DNA of 64,000 nt from Malacoraja senta (lineage: Eukaryota), in the NCBI GenBank assembly GCA_038087875.1, contig CM076001.1, positions 188,001 to 252,000 of the forward strand, given 5' to 3'. The number at the start of each line of letters is the position of its first letter. Positions within the stretch are counted from its first letter, which is position 1. Shown piece by piece: positions 38,883 to 52,405 of the stretch. The notes beneath the pieces were generated by a model that had not been told where the DNA came from, made no database searches, and was given only the letters and a program-made list of their open reading frames with translations. Both the position numbers and the translations under genes were made by a program.

Positions 38883-40263
38883 GTGAACGTTTGTTTAGAT
38901 AGTGTTCTTCATGTACTTAGAATTTCCCAAAACCTTTACAACCAATAAGGTATGAAGGGTAATCTGAAGAGCCTGACGATCTGATTCAGTAGTGGTAGAA
39001 GGGAAGAAGATTGAACTCTTTTTGCCTTCCATCACAGTGAGGAATGTGGGGGAGTCTCTGTGGTGAATGTTCATGTTAAACATTTATTTGGGTGTCTTGT
39101 TGCTCTTTATTGGTATGACTTATGGCAAATCAAATTCCTCATATGTTGCAAAACATACTTGGCTAATAAATTACTATTATGATTATTATGATTACGATTA
39201 GTTAGTTGAAAAAGGCTGTGTGAACACCACCATTATTTGCTGCCATTCCAAGACAACCAAAGGGAATTTTACAATCACCTTAACAGCAGATGTTAGTTTA
39301 ATGTTTAATTTGAAGATTACAGCTCAGAAATATGTACAGTTAGCACAACATATTTGCTTATTGTAATCACAAGTCCAATCGGCCAATGTGATCAGTCATC
39401 TACAGCACAGATCGCACTTAACACACACACGGTTGTCAGCACTCATATTGGCACCATGTCCATCAGATGCAGTTGTGAAAACATTGCCCATGGGTAATAC
39501 AGACCACACATGCAGCAACAAGCCTTCACAGGGCATGTGAGAGGTGCTATGGTGAGGATTAAAGTGGACCTGATTCTCCAAATTTGAGATTGTGAGGAAC
39601 AACTTAACAATAGTCTCCTTTTACGTCCTTTTTAACACTTGAGGTTGTGTTTGGCAACTCTCAAACCATACCCGTCCATCTCCGATGCATCCCACAAACT
39701 CTTTCCCTCTATTAACCCAACCAAGTCCACTCTTAACAATAACTCCCATGCCCTGTGTCCTAACTGATTTCCAGATTTACTGCTCTTGTTCCATAGTGGT
39801 GGAGTGAGTAGCTACAAATTGTGCAAGGCCGATCCTGGTCCATACAATGTCTTTGGCCGTGCGAACCATAGGATTTTTCAGTGGGAGTGTCCAACACAGT
39901 TGTGCATTGGCTAACCATTCATCACCAGATTAACACGGAACAATTTATTGGACTGCACCTTTTTCAAAGAAGTGCGTCTACAATATCAATGGTTCAATGA
40001 TCCTTTATTGTCACGTGTACCATGAAATTTGATTTACCATATAGTCATACCAAAAAACCAACAAGATACAAAACTACATAAAGATTAACCATAAACAGCC
40101 ACCACAGCGGCGTGTGAGAATCCCTAGAATACACAGCATAAGCGGAGACCCACATTCATCAGTTCAATGTCCGGGCCACACACACGCTCCTTCACTGTGA
40201 TGTGATCAGAGATGTACAGACCGCTGTCACTCTCTCTGCAGTCCCTGTCCACGCGAACAGTAA

Positions 40264-41751
40264 AACCCCTGTCTCACGGTGCAAGTCGACCCACGAGTGA
40301 CCCCGAGTTTAAAACAAATTAAATTCGTGGTAATCACGTACAATTAACGTAGCGGGTACGTCGGAACTCGTGGATGCAACTTAGCAACTCGTGGCGCTAA
40401 CGGCAGGTACCCGTGAAACTTGTTAACTCTTGAAAAATTTCAAACACAAGAAATGGCAGATGCTGGTTGACAAAAAGTGAACCCACAGTGCTGGAGTAAC
40501 ACAAAGACGCAGCAGAATTTTGGAAACGTCATCCCGTCACCCATTCCTTCTCACCAGAGATGCTGCCTGTCCACTGAGTGACCATACTGAGGGAATTCCC
40601 ATGTATATGAAGCAGAGAGAAACGTGATTTCTACACGGCTCTGCCCGACCTTTGAGAATGGATCTGGTGGTTTGTACCCACTCCCCCTCCCTGCCCACCC
40701 ACCCACCCACCCACCAAGCCAGCCAGCCGGACCCCTCCTCGTTACAGCGGCGGAAGCGACATTTCCAAGAGAATGGGGCAGAGAGCTGGGGCAGGGCTGG
40801 GATGGGAGCAGGGCAGATGAAGCACACCAAAGGAACAAACAAGTTGATGGCTGCACGGGGCAGGCGGCAGAGGTCTTGTGCCCCAGCGAGGTAGACCGCT
40901 CTTCTCCTGCTAATGCACACACAGAAAGAGAGAGATGAGAGCAGAGAATGATCCCAGCCTAACCCAAGAGCCTTGTCACCCCAGACAGATTAATGATGCC
41001 TACGTATCCCACCCCCCCCCCCCACCCAAACCTCCCTCCACCTCAACTCACGCCTGGGCACCAAAGCAGCTCAGGAGGCGAACCCTGAGCTCCGTCTCCC
41101 AACAATCTGATGTGCAACAGATGTGAAAGAACAGCGGCTGCGGCCGGCCAGCACCCGGCATGGACTTCTCACACCCTCACACACGAAAAGTGTGTGCGAA
41201 TAAACAAAAACAAGGAATAAAACCAAATCCCGGCTTGAAAGGCAACTAAAAATATATTCCGCTTAGAACGAGCAGGCGCGGAGACATCCGTCCACATTCA
41301 AATATTTCATCTCCCGTCTCTCCGCAGTGTGTAGACCTGGCAGTAAATTCAGGATGGAGCTGTCTTCTTTAACACTGTTGCTTTGCCGCCACCGCCTCCT
41401 TGCTGCACAATGGCAGCGAGTGCGGGGCCGAGATCCTGCCTAGTTTTTTTAAGTTCTGAAATTGAATAACTTTCAATACTGAATCAGAATATACTTACTT
41501 TATGAGATGCTGTCCAGCTCCTCTATTTGATACTTAAAACAGACCTTCATTCACGGTTGGCTCAAGAGTAACTCGGGAGAGGAACTTGGTACATTGCAGA
41601 AATGAGAAGTAAACGGCAAACTTAGACATACACGTGGGAACTCGTTTAAACTCGTGAACATAAACTTGGAATCTCGTAGACAACCATGAGTGTGATTTTT
41701 TCTTTCACTCGGGATCACTCGTGGGTGGACTCGCACCGTGTGACAGGGCCA
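40264..41751. mobile_element. Non-autonomous Harbinger element with foreign interior
   Basis: ~43-bp imperfect TIRs (CCCTGTCTCACGGTGCAAGTCGACCCACGAGTGACCCCGAGT / ACTCGGGATCACTCGTGGGTGGACTCGCACCGTGTGACAGGG), TAA / TCA flanks, right end homologous to 770-979. Confidence 0.8.
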
Positions 41752-43447
41752 TCAGAAAGCTGTCCACACTCGCACCAGCAGGCAACACGTCCATCTTGTT
41801 TTTCGGCGACCTCACATTCCCCACTGTGATGGAAGGCGAATAACTTTTACCTTCTTCCCCCCTTTTCTCCCACGATCAGGGCGGTCGAAGCTCCTGTGGT
41901 TGGAGCTCCCGAAGTCAATCACTGACAAAGGGACCGCCAGTTCTACGATGTTAAAGCCGCAGTGCAGACGGAGATACGGTACGGAAAAAGTTGCATCTCC
42001 GTCGAGGTAAGAGGCAAAAAAAGTTTCCCCCGCCCCCACCTCCCACATAATACAAAACTAAAGTTACCCTAAAACATACAAATAAAACGGACTAAAAACA
42101 ACAAAAGAAGGGATGAGAAAGGCTGCTGGTGAAGCTGCCATTTACGGCGCCACCCGGTGGTCAATATGACTCTGAAATCTATGCCAATACTGCATTCAAT
42201 AGGTTAATTGGTTTTCAACCCCTAACTGTCAGAGGTTAACAGGGACCCACCTGAATAAAACCTCAACAAGCTCAGAAACATGAATAATTATCTCCAAAGT
42301 TATGCCATCTGCTGCAATACCCTGTTCTGACAATCCATTGGACAGTGTGTCCAGAAGGCACAATGGAAAAAGTGTTCTAAAAAGAAGACATGTGAGATTA
42401 AGCTAATAATAATGTCTTCTGATGATTGTCTTTGTTGTGCTCTCCCACTGTGGAACAAAGGAGTGTGCTGAACCTGTTCTAAACATATGCAGCAATATTG
42501 GAAGGTTTAAAAGCACCATGCTTGTACATGTAAAGGCTGATCTGCAAAAATGTTGAAGTCATCACAATCTAGCCCCTTGCAGCCAAAGCATTGATAGAAG
42601 TTACATTCTGTGCAATTAGTTAGTGCCTGGAACATTATTTAGTCACTCATTTGATCTGCAAATCCAAGAGGTCCATTTCTGGCCCGTGTTCCAATTGCAA
42701 ATGAAAATACATTTATCTTTGTGAAGGAGCCTGGCAAATAAATGAGTGTTCACTGATCTGCATCTGGCCCCTTGGTGATCCCATGGTGATCCCACTGAGC
42801 TTAACCACATAAAAGTATTTGATAAGAGTTGAGATGTCTGTTATTTCATCACGTTCATGTCACACACGGAATCAAGATCCCTGGCTTGTTAAAGCTACCA
42901 GCTGATCTGACATTTGACAGCAGAATAAACAAGGCATCCAGTAGGCTCAGAGCTGCTGCATATCATGGTAATGAGATACTGAAGACTGCTGTTTCTTATC
43001 TAGGTCACCCTGCTTTAGTTTATGCTTGAAATACAAACAAACCTTTAGGCACCACTTCTTTCACACATGACCGACCAACCAACCTCTGTGTGGCAGATGG
43101 TATGGGATAATTACCCAATTGATGAAAGGCTGTGTTTTTAAAGTAGCAGAAAGAGAATCAAAGACAGCAGGATGTGCAGGACAGGGTCGCAAGGCAGCTC
43201 TGTGGTGATAAAATGCCAGAGTTAATGACCGTTGGAAAACCTTGGTGTATATAATCTTGGCAGCTGGCATCCGAGCGAAAATGTGTTTTTCCCTGCATGG
43301 AACAATTTTCTGGACTGTTACCCTTACAAAGAGCGCTTTCTTGACACAACTGAGACAATAATGCGTTTAATTCATTAGTGGATCTTGGCTCGTTCAACCA
43401 AACCTGAGCAAGCTTCAGAAGCCTGAATAATCATCTCCAAAACTCAT

Positions 43448-43563
43448 TTATATCATCTCTTTAATGCACTCTCCTGATGAGGCAGTGATAATACAGAAAA
43501 GGCACAATCCTCTTTGGAATTGTCACTGCCTCATCAGGACAGTGCATTGAAGAGATGATATAA
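43448..43563. repeat. Near-perfect inverted repeat (hairpin)
   Basis: ~45-bp arms with 3 mismatches, extendable imperfectly toward a short central loop. Confidence 0.9.
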
Positions 43564-44152
43564 TGGTTTATTGAGGAAGTTCTTCATGCAAGGTTAGGGG
43601 GCCACAACACGAGTGTCCATTCTCCTGCCCAATGATCATTCTGTCTGACCATTAATGCTGCCACCACCATTAAACAGAAAAACAAATACCACTGTGCCAC
43701 CAATGGATGGATCCATGACCTTGCTTGATGCGCAAGAGAAGGAGCAAAGGAAGAGAGATACGGATAGTGAACACTTACAGTCTTTTTCCCAGGAACGAGG
43801 ATTCTAAAACAAGAGGATATAGGATTAAGGAAGAGGGGAGACATTTAAGAGGAACCTCTGTGGCAACTTTTCATTCTGAGGATAGATTCTATCTGGAATG
43901 TGCTGCCAGAGGAAATTATATAAGTGGATACAAATGCTACTTTTAAACATTCAGGCTGATATAATAGACTAGAAGGGTTTAGAAGGCTATTTACCAAATG
44001 CAGGCAATCTTGGTCAGCATGATGAAGTTTCTGTGCTATATAGTCTATGTCTTGATGACTCAAAGGCATAAGGCTTGGATCAACAGTTGAAATGTACAAA
44101 ATTCTTATGGGGCTTGACAGCGTCGATCTAGAGGCTGAGGACCAGGGGTCAC

Positions 44153-45208
44153 AGTTTAGGTTAGTTTAGAGATACTGTGAAGGAAACGGGCCTTTCGGCC
44201 CACCAAATCCACACTGACCAACAATCACCCGTTCACAAGTTCTATCCTACACACTAGGAACAATTTACAGAAGCCAATTAACCTACAAACCTGCACGTCT
44301 TTGGAATGTGCAAAGAAACCAGAGCACCCGGAGAAAACCCACGCAGTCGCAGGGAAAACATCAAACTCCGTACAGACAGCACCCATATGTGTCAAAACTT
44401 CTGACTGGCCACTGAGGACAGAGATGAGAAGGTGGTGAATCTTGGGTGGGAAATGGACCAGAAATGCCCTGTCCATTTCTTTCCACTTGTGCTGCCTGAC
44501 TCATTGAGTTCCTTCAGCAAGTTGTGCTTTCCACTTTCATGGACTCAGGGAAGGGAGTCTGTCCCAGTATTTGGAAATGTGAAGTACACTTGATCAAAGT
44601 TCAAGGTAATGATTGCTTGCAAAACAATCCACGAGGAAAGATTCACCAGCACAGTGGAGCAGTGGTAGAGTTGCTTCCTTACAGCGCCAGAGACCCGGGT
44701 TCGATCCTGAATACGGGTGCTGTCTGTACGGAGTTTGTTTGTTCTCCCCGTGACCTGTATGTGTTTTCTCCGGGTGTTTATGTCCTCTCAAAAACCTCCA
44801 GAGCTGATAAAGACCATCTTGGCAGACCATTTGTGATAGTAAGCTCACCATGAGCTCTGTGTTGCTGACGAGGTGAATATTGCCCAAGATTAGTTTAGCT
44901 TAGTTTAGTTTAGAGATACAGCGCGGAAACCCCCCCCCCACGGCCCACCGGGTCCGCAATGACCAGCTATCCCCGCATGTTAACACTATCCTACACTAGG
45001 GATAATTTACACTTACAGCAAGCCAATTAACTTATAAACCTGTACGTCTTTGGAGTGTGGGAGGAAACCGAAGATCTCGGAGAAACCCACGCAGGTCACA
45101 GGAAGAACGTACAAACTCCGCACAGACAGCACCCATAGTCGGGATCGGACCCGGGTCTCCGACGCCGCAAATGTTGTAAGGCAGCAACTCTACCGCTGTG
45201 CCACCGTG
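44153..45208. mobile_element. Cluster of three HE1-like SINE copies (44153-44390 minus, ~44648-44800 plus, ~44890-45208 minus)
   Basis: V-domain, tRNA head and (TTTAG)n tails. Confidence 0.8.
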
Positions 45209-45344
45209 ATCTGACCTGGTGGACCAAGATACCTGGTTAAACTCTCCTCTTCTTGTCATGAAAAGCCAAGAGATTTTGTACGTACATATGTACAGGCAAA
45301 TCTCCCCCAGTTAAATGTCACATGAAAAATAACTTTCAGCAGGT

Positions 45345-48300
45345 CTGTGAGTCAAAACATGGCGCTGAGGCAAAACTGAAGAGACAGACGTCAGGCAGAG
45401 CCATGGTAGTCAGGGACTCCATCGTGAGAGGTACAGACAGGGGTTTCTACTGTAACAGGCGGGATTCAAGGATGGTGTGTGGCCTCCCTGGTGCCAGGAT
45501 CCACAACGTCACGGAACGATTGCAGGGCATCCTCAAGGGTGAAGGTGAGCAGCCGGAAGTGGTAGTGCATGTCGGCACAAATTACGTCGGGAAGAAGAGG
45601 AAAGACATTCTGCAGCGTGACTTTGGAGAATTCTGAAGAAGGCTGAAAAGCAGGACATCCAGGGTGGTTATCTCCGGTTTGCTTCCAGTTCCTTGTGCTG
45701 GTGAGGGCAGGAACAGGGAAAAAGGGGATCTGAATGTGTGGCTGAGGAGCTGGTGCGGGAAGCAGGGGTTTAGATTCTTAGACCACTGGGATCTGTTTTG
45801 GGTTAAGGGTGAATTGTACAAAAGGGACGGGTTGCACCTTAACATGCGGGGGACTGGCATTCTGGCAGGCAGGTTTTAACAGGGCAGAATTAGCGGGGGC
45901 AGAAAGCTCAGGAAGTGATAGGAAAGCATGGCCAAGTGTAATAGGAATCGATGTGAAAGGTGAGGGTAGTAATGGATTTAAAGTATTTTTTGAATGCACG
46001 AAGTATAAGAAATAAACTGTATGAGCTTAAGGCTCAGTTAGAAATTGGCAAGTCTGATATTGTGGGAATTGCAGAGACATGGCTACAAGTGGACTAGAGC
46101 TGGGAACTGAATATTCAGGGGTATACGTCCTGTCGAAAAGGCAGACAGGTGGGCAGAGGGGGTGGAGTAGCTCTGTTGGTAAGGAGCGTAATTCAGTCCC
46201 TTGCGAGGGGTGACATAGAATCAGGAGATGTAGAGTCAGTATGGAAAGAACTGAGGAATTGTAAGGGTAAAAAGACCCTAATGGGAGTTATCTACAGGCC
46301 CCCAAACAGTAGCCTGGATATAGGGTGCAAGTTGAATCAAGAGTTAAAATTGGCATGTCGCAAAGGAAATGCTACAATGGTTGTGGGAGATTTCAACATG
46401 CAGGTAGACTGGGAAAATCAGGTAGGTGCTGGACCCCAAGAAAGGGAGTTTGTGGAGTGCCTCTGAAGGATTCTTAGAGCACCTTGTACTGGAGCCTACC
46501 AGGGAGAAGGCAATTCTGGATTTAGTGTTGTGTAATGAACCTGATTTGATAAGGGAATTCAAGGTAATTAGGAGGTAGTGACCATAATATGGTAAGTTTT
46601 AATCTACCATTTGAGAGGGAGAAGGGTAAATCGGAAATGTCAGTATTACAGTTGAACAAAGGGGACTATGGAGCCATGGAGGAAGAACTGGCCAAAGTTG
46701 ACTGGAAATATACCCTAGCAGGGATGACAGTGGAACAACAATGGCAGATATTTCTGGGAATAATACAGAATGTGCAGGATCAGTACATTCCAAAGAGGAA
46801 GAAAGATTCCAAGGGGAGTTAGGGGCGACCGTGGCTGACAAGGGAAATCAAGGACTGTATAAAAATAAAAGAGAAGAAGTATAACATAGCAAAGATGAGC
46901 GGGGAGCAAGAGGATTGGGTGATGTTTAAAGAGCAACAGAAGATAGCTAAAACGGCAATATGGGGGAAAAGATGAGGTTCGAAGGTAAGCTAGCCAAGAA
47001 TATATAGGAGGATAGTAAAAGCTTCTTTTGGTATGTGAAGAGGAAAAAAATAGTTAAGACCAAATTTGGACCCTTGAAGACTGAAACAGGTGAATTTATT
47101 ATGGGGAACAAGGAAAGGGCATGTACTTTGGATCTGTCTTCATTAAGGAAGACACAAACAATCTCCCTGATGTACTAGTGGCCAGAGGATCTAGGGTGAT
47201 GGAGGAACTGAAGGAAATTCACATTAGGCAGGAAATGGTGTTGGGTAGACTGATGGGACTGAAGGCTGATAAATCCCCAGGGCCTGGTGGTCTGCATGCC
47301 AGGGTACTTTTGGAAGAGATTCTTAAAATCGTGGAACATTTTCCAATGTTCTATAGATTCAGGATCAGTTCCTGTGGATTGGAGGGTAGCTAATGTTATC
47401 CCACTTTTTAAGAAAGAAGGGAGAGAGAAAACAGGGAATTATAGACCTATTACCCTGCCATCAGTGGTGGGGAAGATGCTGGAGTCAATTTTAAAAGATG
47501 AAATAACGGCACATTTGGATAGCAGTAACAGGATCAGTCCAAGTCGACATGGATTTACGAAGGGAAAATCATGTTTGACTAATCTTCTGGAATTTTTTGA
47601 GGATGTAACTAGGAAAATGGACAAGGGAGTGGATGTAGTGTACCTGGACTTTCAGAAAGGATTTGATAATGTCCCTCATAGGAGATTAGTGCACAAAATT
47701 AGGTGGTATTGGGGGTAGTGTACTGACATGGATAGAAAATTGGTTGGCAGACAGGAAACAAAGGGTAGGAATTAACGGGTCCCTTTCAGAATGGCAGGCA
47801 GTGTCTAGTGGGGTACCGCAACGCTCGGTGCTGGGACAGCAGCTATTTACAATATACATTAGTGATTTAGATGAAGAGATTAAAAGTAACATTAGCAAAT
47901 TTGCAGATGACACAAAGCTGGGTGGCAGTATGAACTGTGAGGAGGATGCTATGACGATGCAGGGTGACTTGGACAGGTTGGATATGTGGGCAGCTGCGTG
48001 GCAGATGCAGTTTAATGTGAGGTTATCCACTTTGGTGGCAAAAACAGGAAGACAGATTATTATCTGAATGGTGTCAAGTTGGGAAAGGGGAAGTACAACG
48101 AGATCTAGGGGTCCTTGTTCATCAGTCACTGAGAGTAAGCATGCAGGTTCAGCAGCCAGTGAAGAAAGCTATAAGCATGTTGGCCTTCATAACAAGAGGA
48201 GTTGAATATAGGAGCAAAGGGTTCCTTCTGCAGTTGTACAGGGCCCTAGTGAGACCACAGCTGGAGTATTGTGTGCAGTTTTGGGCTCCAAATTTGAGGA

Positions 48301-48815
48301 AGGACATTCTAGCTATTGAGGGAGTGCATGGTAGGTTCACGAAGTTAATTTCTGGGATGGCGGGACTGTCGTATGTTGATAGACTGGAGCGGCAGGGCTT
48401 GTATAATCTGGAATTTAGAAGGATGAGAGGGTATCTTATTGAAACATATATGATTATTAAGGGATTGGACACGCTAGAGGTAGGAAACATGTTCCCGATG
48501 TTGGCGGAATCCAGAACCAGGGGCCTCAGTTCAAGAATAAGAGGTAGGCCATTTAGAACGATGAGGAAAAACTTTTTCACCCAGAGAGTTGTGAATCCGT
48601 GGAATTCTCTGTCTCAGAAGGCAGTGGATGTCAATTCTCTGGATGCTTTCAAGAGAGAGTTAGATAGAGCTCTTAAAGATAGTGGAGTCAGCGGATATGG
48701 GGAGAAGGCAGGAACGGGGTACTGATTGTGGATGATCAGCCATGATCACATTGAATGGCGGTGCTGGCTCGAAGGGCTGAATGGCCTGCTCCTGCACCTA
48801 TTGTCTATTATCTAT
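45345..48815 (+). mobile_element. CR1 LINE, near full-length but decayed (ORF1 SGNH esterase, ORF2 APE plus RT)
   Basis: VRDSIVRG..VVVHVGTNY, GVIYRPPNS, VGDFN, KADKSPGP, KFADDTK, (CTATTGT) tail. Many frameshifts. Confidence 0.92.
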
Positions 48816-49724
48816 AATAATGCAACTGTGCTTCAGTACTGCACTGATACATTAAAATTGATCATGTTCAACCAACTCCTGAAGAGAGAGTGAGATAAAA
48901 TAACAATTACTGTAATAACAGTGTAATTTCCAGATGGACGGTTTATTGATTTGATTTCCAATACACGATCTTTAAAGCTTCATTAGAAAAGTAAACATAT
49001 CTATCAACAGTTCCATTAATTATCCAAAACATAACAACAAACTACCATTGTGCAAAGAAACAGATGGCTTTAATACAACGTATCATTTCTCGCACAAACT
49101 TGACGTGAAGCACAAAGTAGGCTTTGACCTGAATCTTTTAAATCAATCAAATTCCAGACATACAGATCATGAAAATGGTCAAACAGCTGCTGGATAATGA
49201 GATTTATTAGTGTTTGTCCTGCTGCTCTATTGATCTTTCATATACAGAAAATGCTTCAAGACTCAACATTCCTGCCAGAGCCAGCTTAAGGGACCTGGTT
49301 TTGACAGGATCATGAACTATTAAAAGCAGGTACGATGAATGAATGCACAGCATTTGTTTATGTTTTTATGTAACCGTGGGTTTAGAAAATTATGCTGTGC
49401 TTTCGGAACTGTTCGAATCTGTAAGCAGAACCATACACCTACGAGATTCCTGTAGCTTTGCTTTTATACAAAAAAGGGAATGTATTAATGCTGTAATCTG
49501 GGCTAGAGCGATCACAGTTATTTATTTCAAACTTATTTGGCCAACATTCTGGATGGGAGGATTGGTGCACCTGGCTCCTTAACTATCTACAATCAAATGG
49601 CATCAGGTGGTTTGAGGGGTTATTTTGGATTGGAATGGGCCTGATCTTGTTCAATCCAACCCATCACCTTCACTCAGCCCCGCACCAATGCTGGCTTTAT
49701 CTGTGGCAGCACGTATCTTTAATT

Positions 49725-49960
49725 TTTAGTTTAGAGATACAGCACGGAGGACAATTAATATTTATACCAAGGCAATTTACCAAATTTATCCAATTTGGAG
49801 TGTGGGAAGAAACCGAAGATCTCGGAGAAAACCCACGCAGGTCACGGGGAGAACGTGCAAAGTCCATACAGACAGCACCCGTAGTCAGGATTGAACCCGG
49901 GTCTCTAGCACTTTAAGTGCTGTAAGGCAGTAACTCTGCCGCTGTGCTACCGTGCCACCC
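49725..49960 (-). mobile_element. HE1-like V-SINE (internally deleted)
   Basis: Tail, V-domain and tRNA-derived head on the minus strand. Confidence 0.78.
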
Positions 49961-50419
49961 TATTACTAGTTATGACTACTTGTGTGGTCATACAGTCACT
50001 AGAATATTAACTAGAAAATAGAAATAGAGGTATTTTCACTCTGGTTATTTATCTATATTTAAAAAGTTTAATTATTTGTATATTTTAAATTAATATATAC
50101 ATCAGTATTTTAAATATATTTTAATTATTTTTAAATACATTTTCTTAAAACAAAATCAAACATGACAGAAATAAAATACATTAAACTACTATAATTTAAA
50201 TATAGAGAGAAATAAAGAAAAACAGAATTAAGTTTGCAGATTGTAATGAGGTGACACGAACACATGTTTATTAAATCTACTTACAGCAAGGATCTGCAGG
50301 CATTACATTTCCTAGCTGCTACTCGTACTAACTAGCGTAGGCAAGCTCTTGATAAAATAAAGCACATACTAGGTGGACTCACTACTACCAAGCACTATAA
50401 TTGGCTAGTATGAAATAGC

Positions 50420-51800
50420 CAATCTACACAGATGACACTAAAGTAGGTACTATCGTAGACAGTGAAGAGGGTTATCAAAAATTCCATTTGATCAACTGGG
50501 CAAGTGGGCTGAAGAACGGCTAATAAAGTTCAATGCAAATAAGTATAAAGATTTGTATTTTGGGAAGTCAAACCAGGACAGGGCCTTTACAGTGAATGTC
50601 GGGTCCTGGGCAATGGTTGAAAGCAGAGGGATCCTGGAGTACAGGTGCACAGTTCCCCAATAGTGGTGACAAAGGTAGATCGGGTGGTAAAGAAGACTTT
50701 TGGTAAAATGACCTTCATCAGTCAGAGTATTGGGTATAGAAGTTGTGACATGTTACAGTTCTGCAAGACGTTGCTGTATTAGGAGTATTTGATTGATCAT
50801 CCTGCAGGAGGGTGTCATTAAGCTGGAAAGGGTGCAGAGAAGATTTATGAAGATGTTGCCAGGACTCGAGGGGCTGAGTGATAGGGAGAGATTGGACGAG
50901 TCTTTATTCCTTGGAGTGCAGGAGCTAAGGGGTGATCTTATAGAGGTGTATAAAATCGTGAGGGTAATTGACAGGATAAATGCAGTCTTTTACCCTGAGT
51001 AGGAGAATCAAGAACCAGAGGGCATATGTTTAAGGTGAGAGGGGAAAGGATATGCGAATAGTCACCACATACATGGCGCTGACAAAGGTAAAAGTATCCC
51101 GCGCCAGATCCTCCTTTGTTCCATCACCCTCCTGTCACAGTGGTCCCCTCACGCCGGGTCTTCCTTTGTTCCCAGTGAGGCTCAGTCGAATGTGAGGCTC
51201 CACCACCCCACGAGGCTCCACCGACCAGCGAGGCTCCACTGACGAGTAAGGCTCCACCACCCAGTAAGGCTCCACCACCCAGTAAGGCTCCACCACCCAG
51301 TAAGGCTCCACCACCCAGTAAGGCTCCACCACCCAGTAAGGCTCCACCACCCAGTAAGGCTCCACCACCCAGTAAGGCTCCACCACCCAGTAAGGCTCCA
51401 CCACCCAGTAAGGCTCCACCACCCAGTAAGGCTCCACCACCCAGTAAGGCTCCACCACCCAGTAAGGCTCCACCACCCAGTAAGGCTCCACCACCCAGTA
51501 AGGCTCCACCACCCAGTAAGGCTCCACCACCCAGTAAGGCTCCACCACCCAGTAAGGCTCCACCGACCAGCGATGCTCCACCGCCAGCTTTTCTGCAGCC
51601 TCCTGGGAGGCATCAGATGTTACCAGAGGAGGGAGATGAGGTACAATAACAACATTTTAAGACACTTGGACATGCACATGGATAGGAAAGGTTTAGAGGG
51701 ATATGGACCAAATGTGGGCAAATGGGACTAACTAAATGGCTGGCATGGACGAGTTGGGCTGAAGGGCCTGTTTCTGTGCTGTATTACTCCATGACTTTAA
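50420..51800 (+). mobile_element. Degenerate CR1 3' region interrupted at ~51050-51620
   Basis: LERVQRRFMKMLPGLEGLS..RGDLIEVYKI. The 3' UTR resumes at ~51620. Confidence 0.75.
51195..51582. repeat. 18-bp minisatellite (AGGCTCCACCACCCAGTA)n
   Basis: About 17 identical central units with degenerate edge units. Confidence 0.97.
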
Positions 51801-52405
51801 AAAGTATTAACCTGAATTTACCTTAAGAAATATTGGTGACCTGATTCAGGCTGATGGGGATTTGCAGCATGTGTTCTGCTCAGCTCAACATGACCCAGAA
51901 CCTGAAAAGAGATATTTCAAAAATAAAATGCATTGAAGAAGGGTCCCGAACCGAAACCTAATCCTGTCGTTCTGAGATGCTGCCTGACTCACTCAATTAC
52001 TCCAGCAGTTTGTGTCTTCTTGAGAATAAAATCAACATTCTCTTCAAGGATTAGGTTTGTCTGAAGTCTTGCTCCCTCTGCTGGTAGAAGGGAAAATAGA
52101 ATGCAATGCAATATTTTCTGAGAAAATGTATTCTCAATATTTTCTTGAATATTCTTTCATTTCAAAGCAGTGCTGGAAACATCCTGTTCTGTTACATTTA
52201 TAGTTTCATTACAAGATTTCTTCCTTTTCTAATAATTAAATGGCAACATATAAAAGCTCTGGCAGAAGCATGGGGATTGAAGTGTAGTATAAAATCTGCC
52301 TGGCTAATATCAGGTATACTGGTGTAAGAATTTTAGCGTTCAAATTTTTTTTTAAAAACTTGATACCAGAAATAAAATTATGCAGACACCTAAACAAACC
52401 AGATG

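Noticed and set aside
43473..43512. Hammerhead ribozyme inside the long hairpin
   Set aside because: CTGATGA and GAAA are present, but stem II does not pair and the stem III register is off by one.
51135..51613. CRISPR array or repetitive protein gene (VVEPYW / WWSLTG)
   Set aside because: Contiguous tandem units without unique spacers, in a eukaryotic context. The ORFs arise from a stop-free 18-bp unit.
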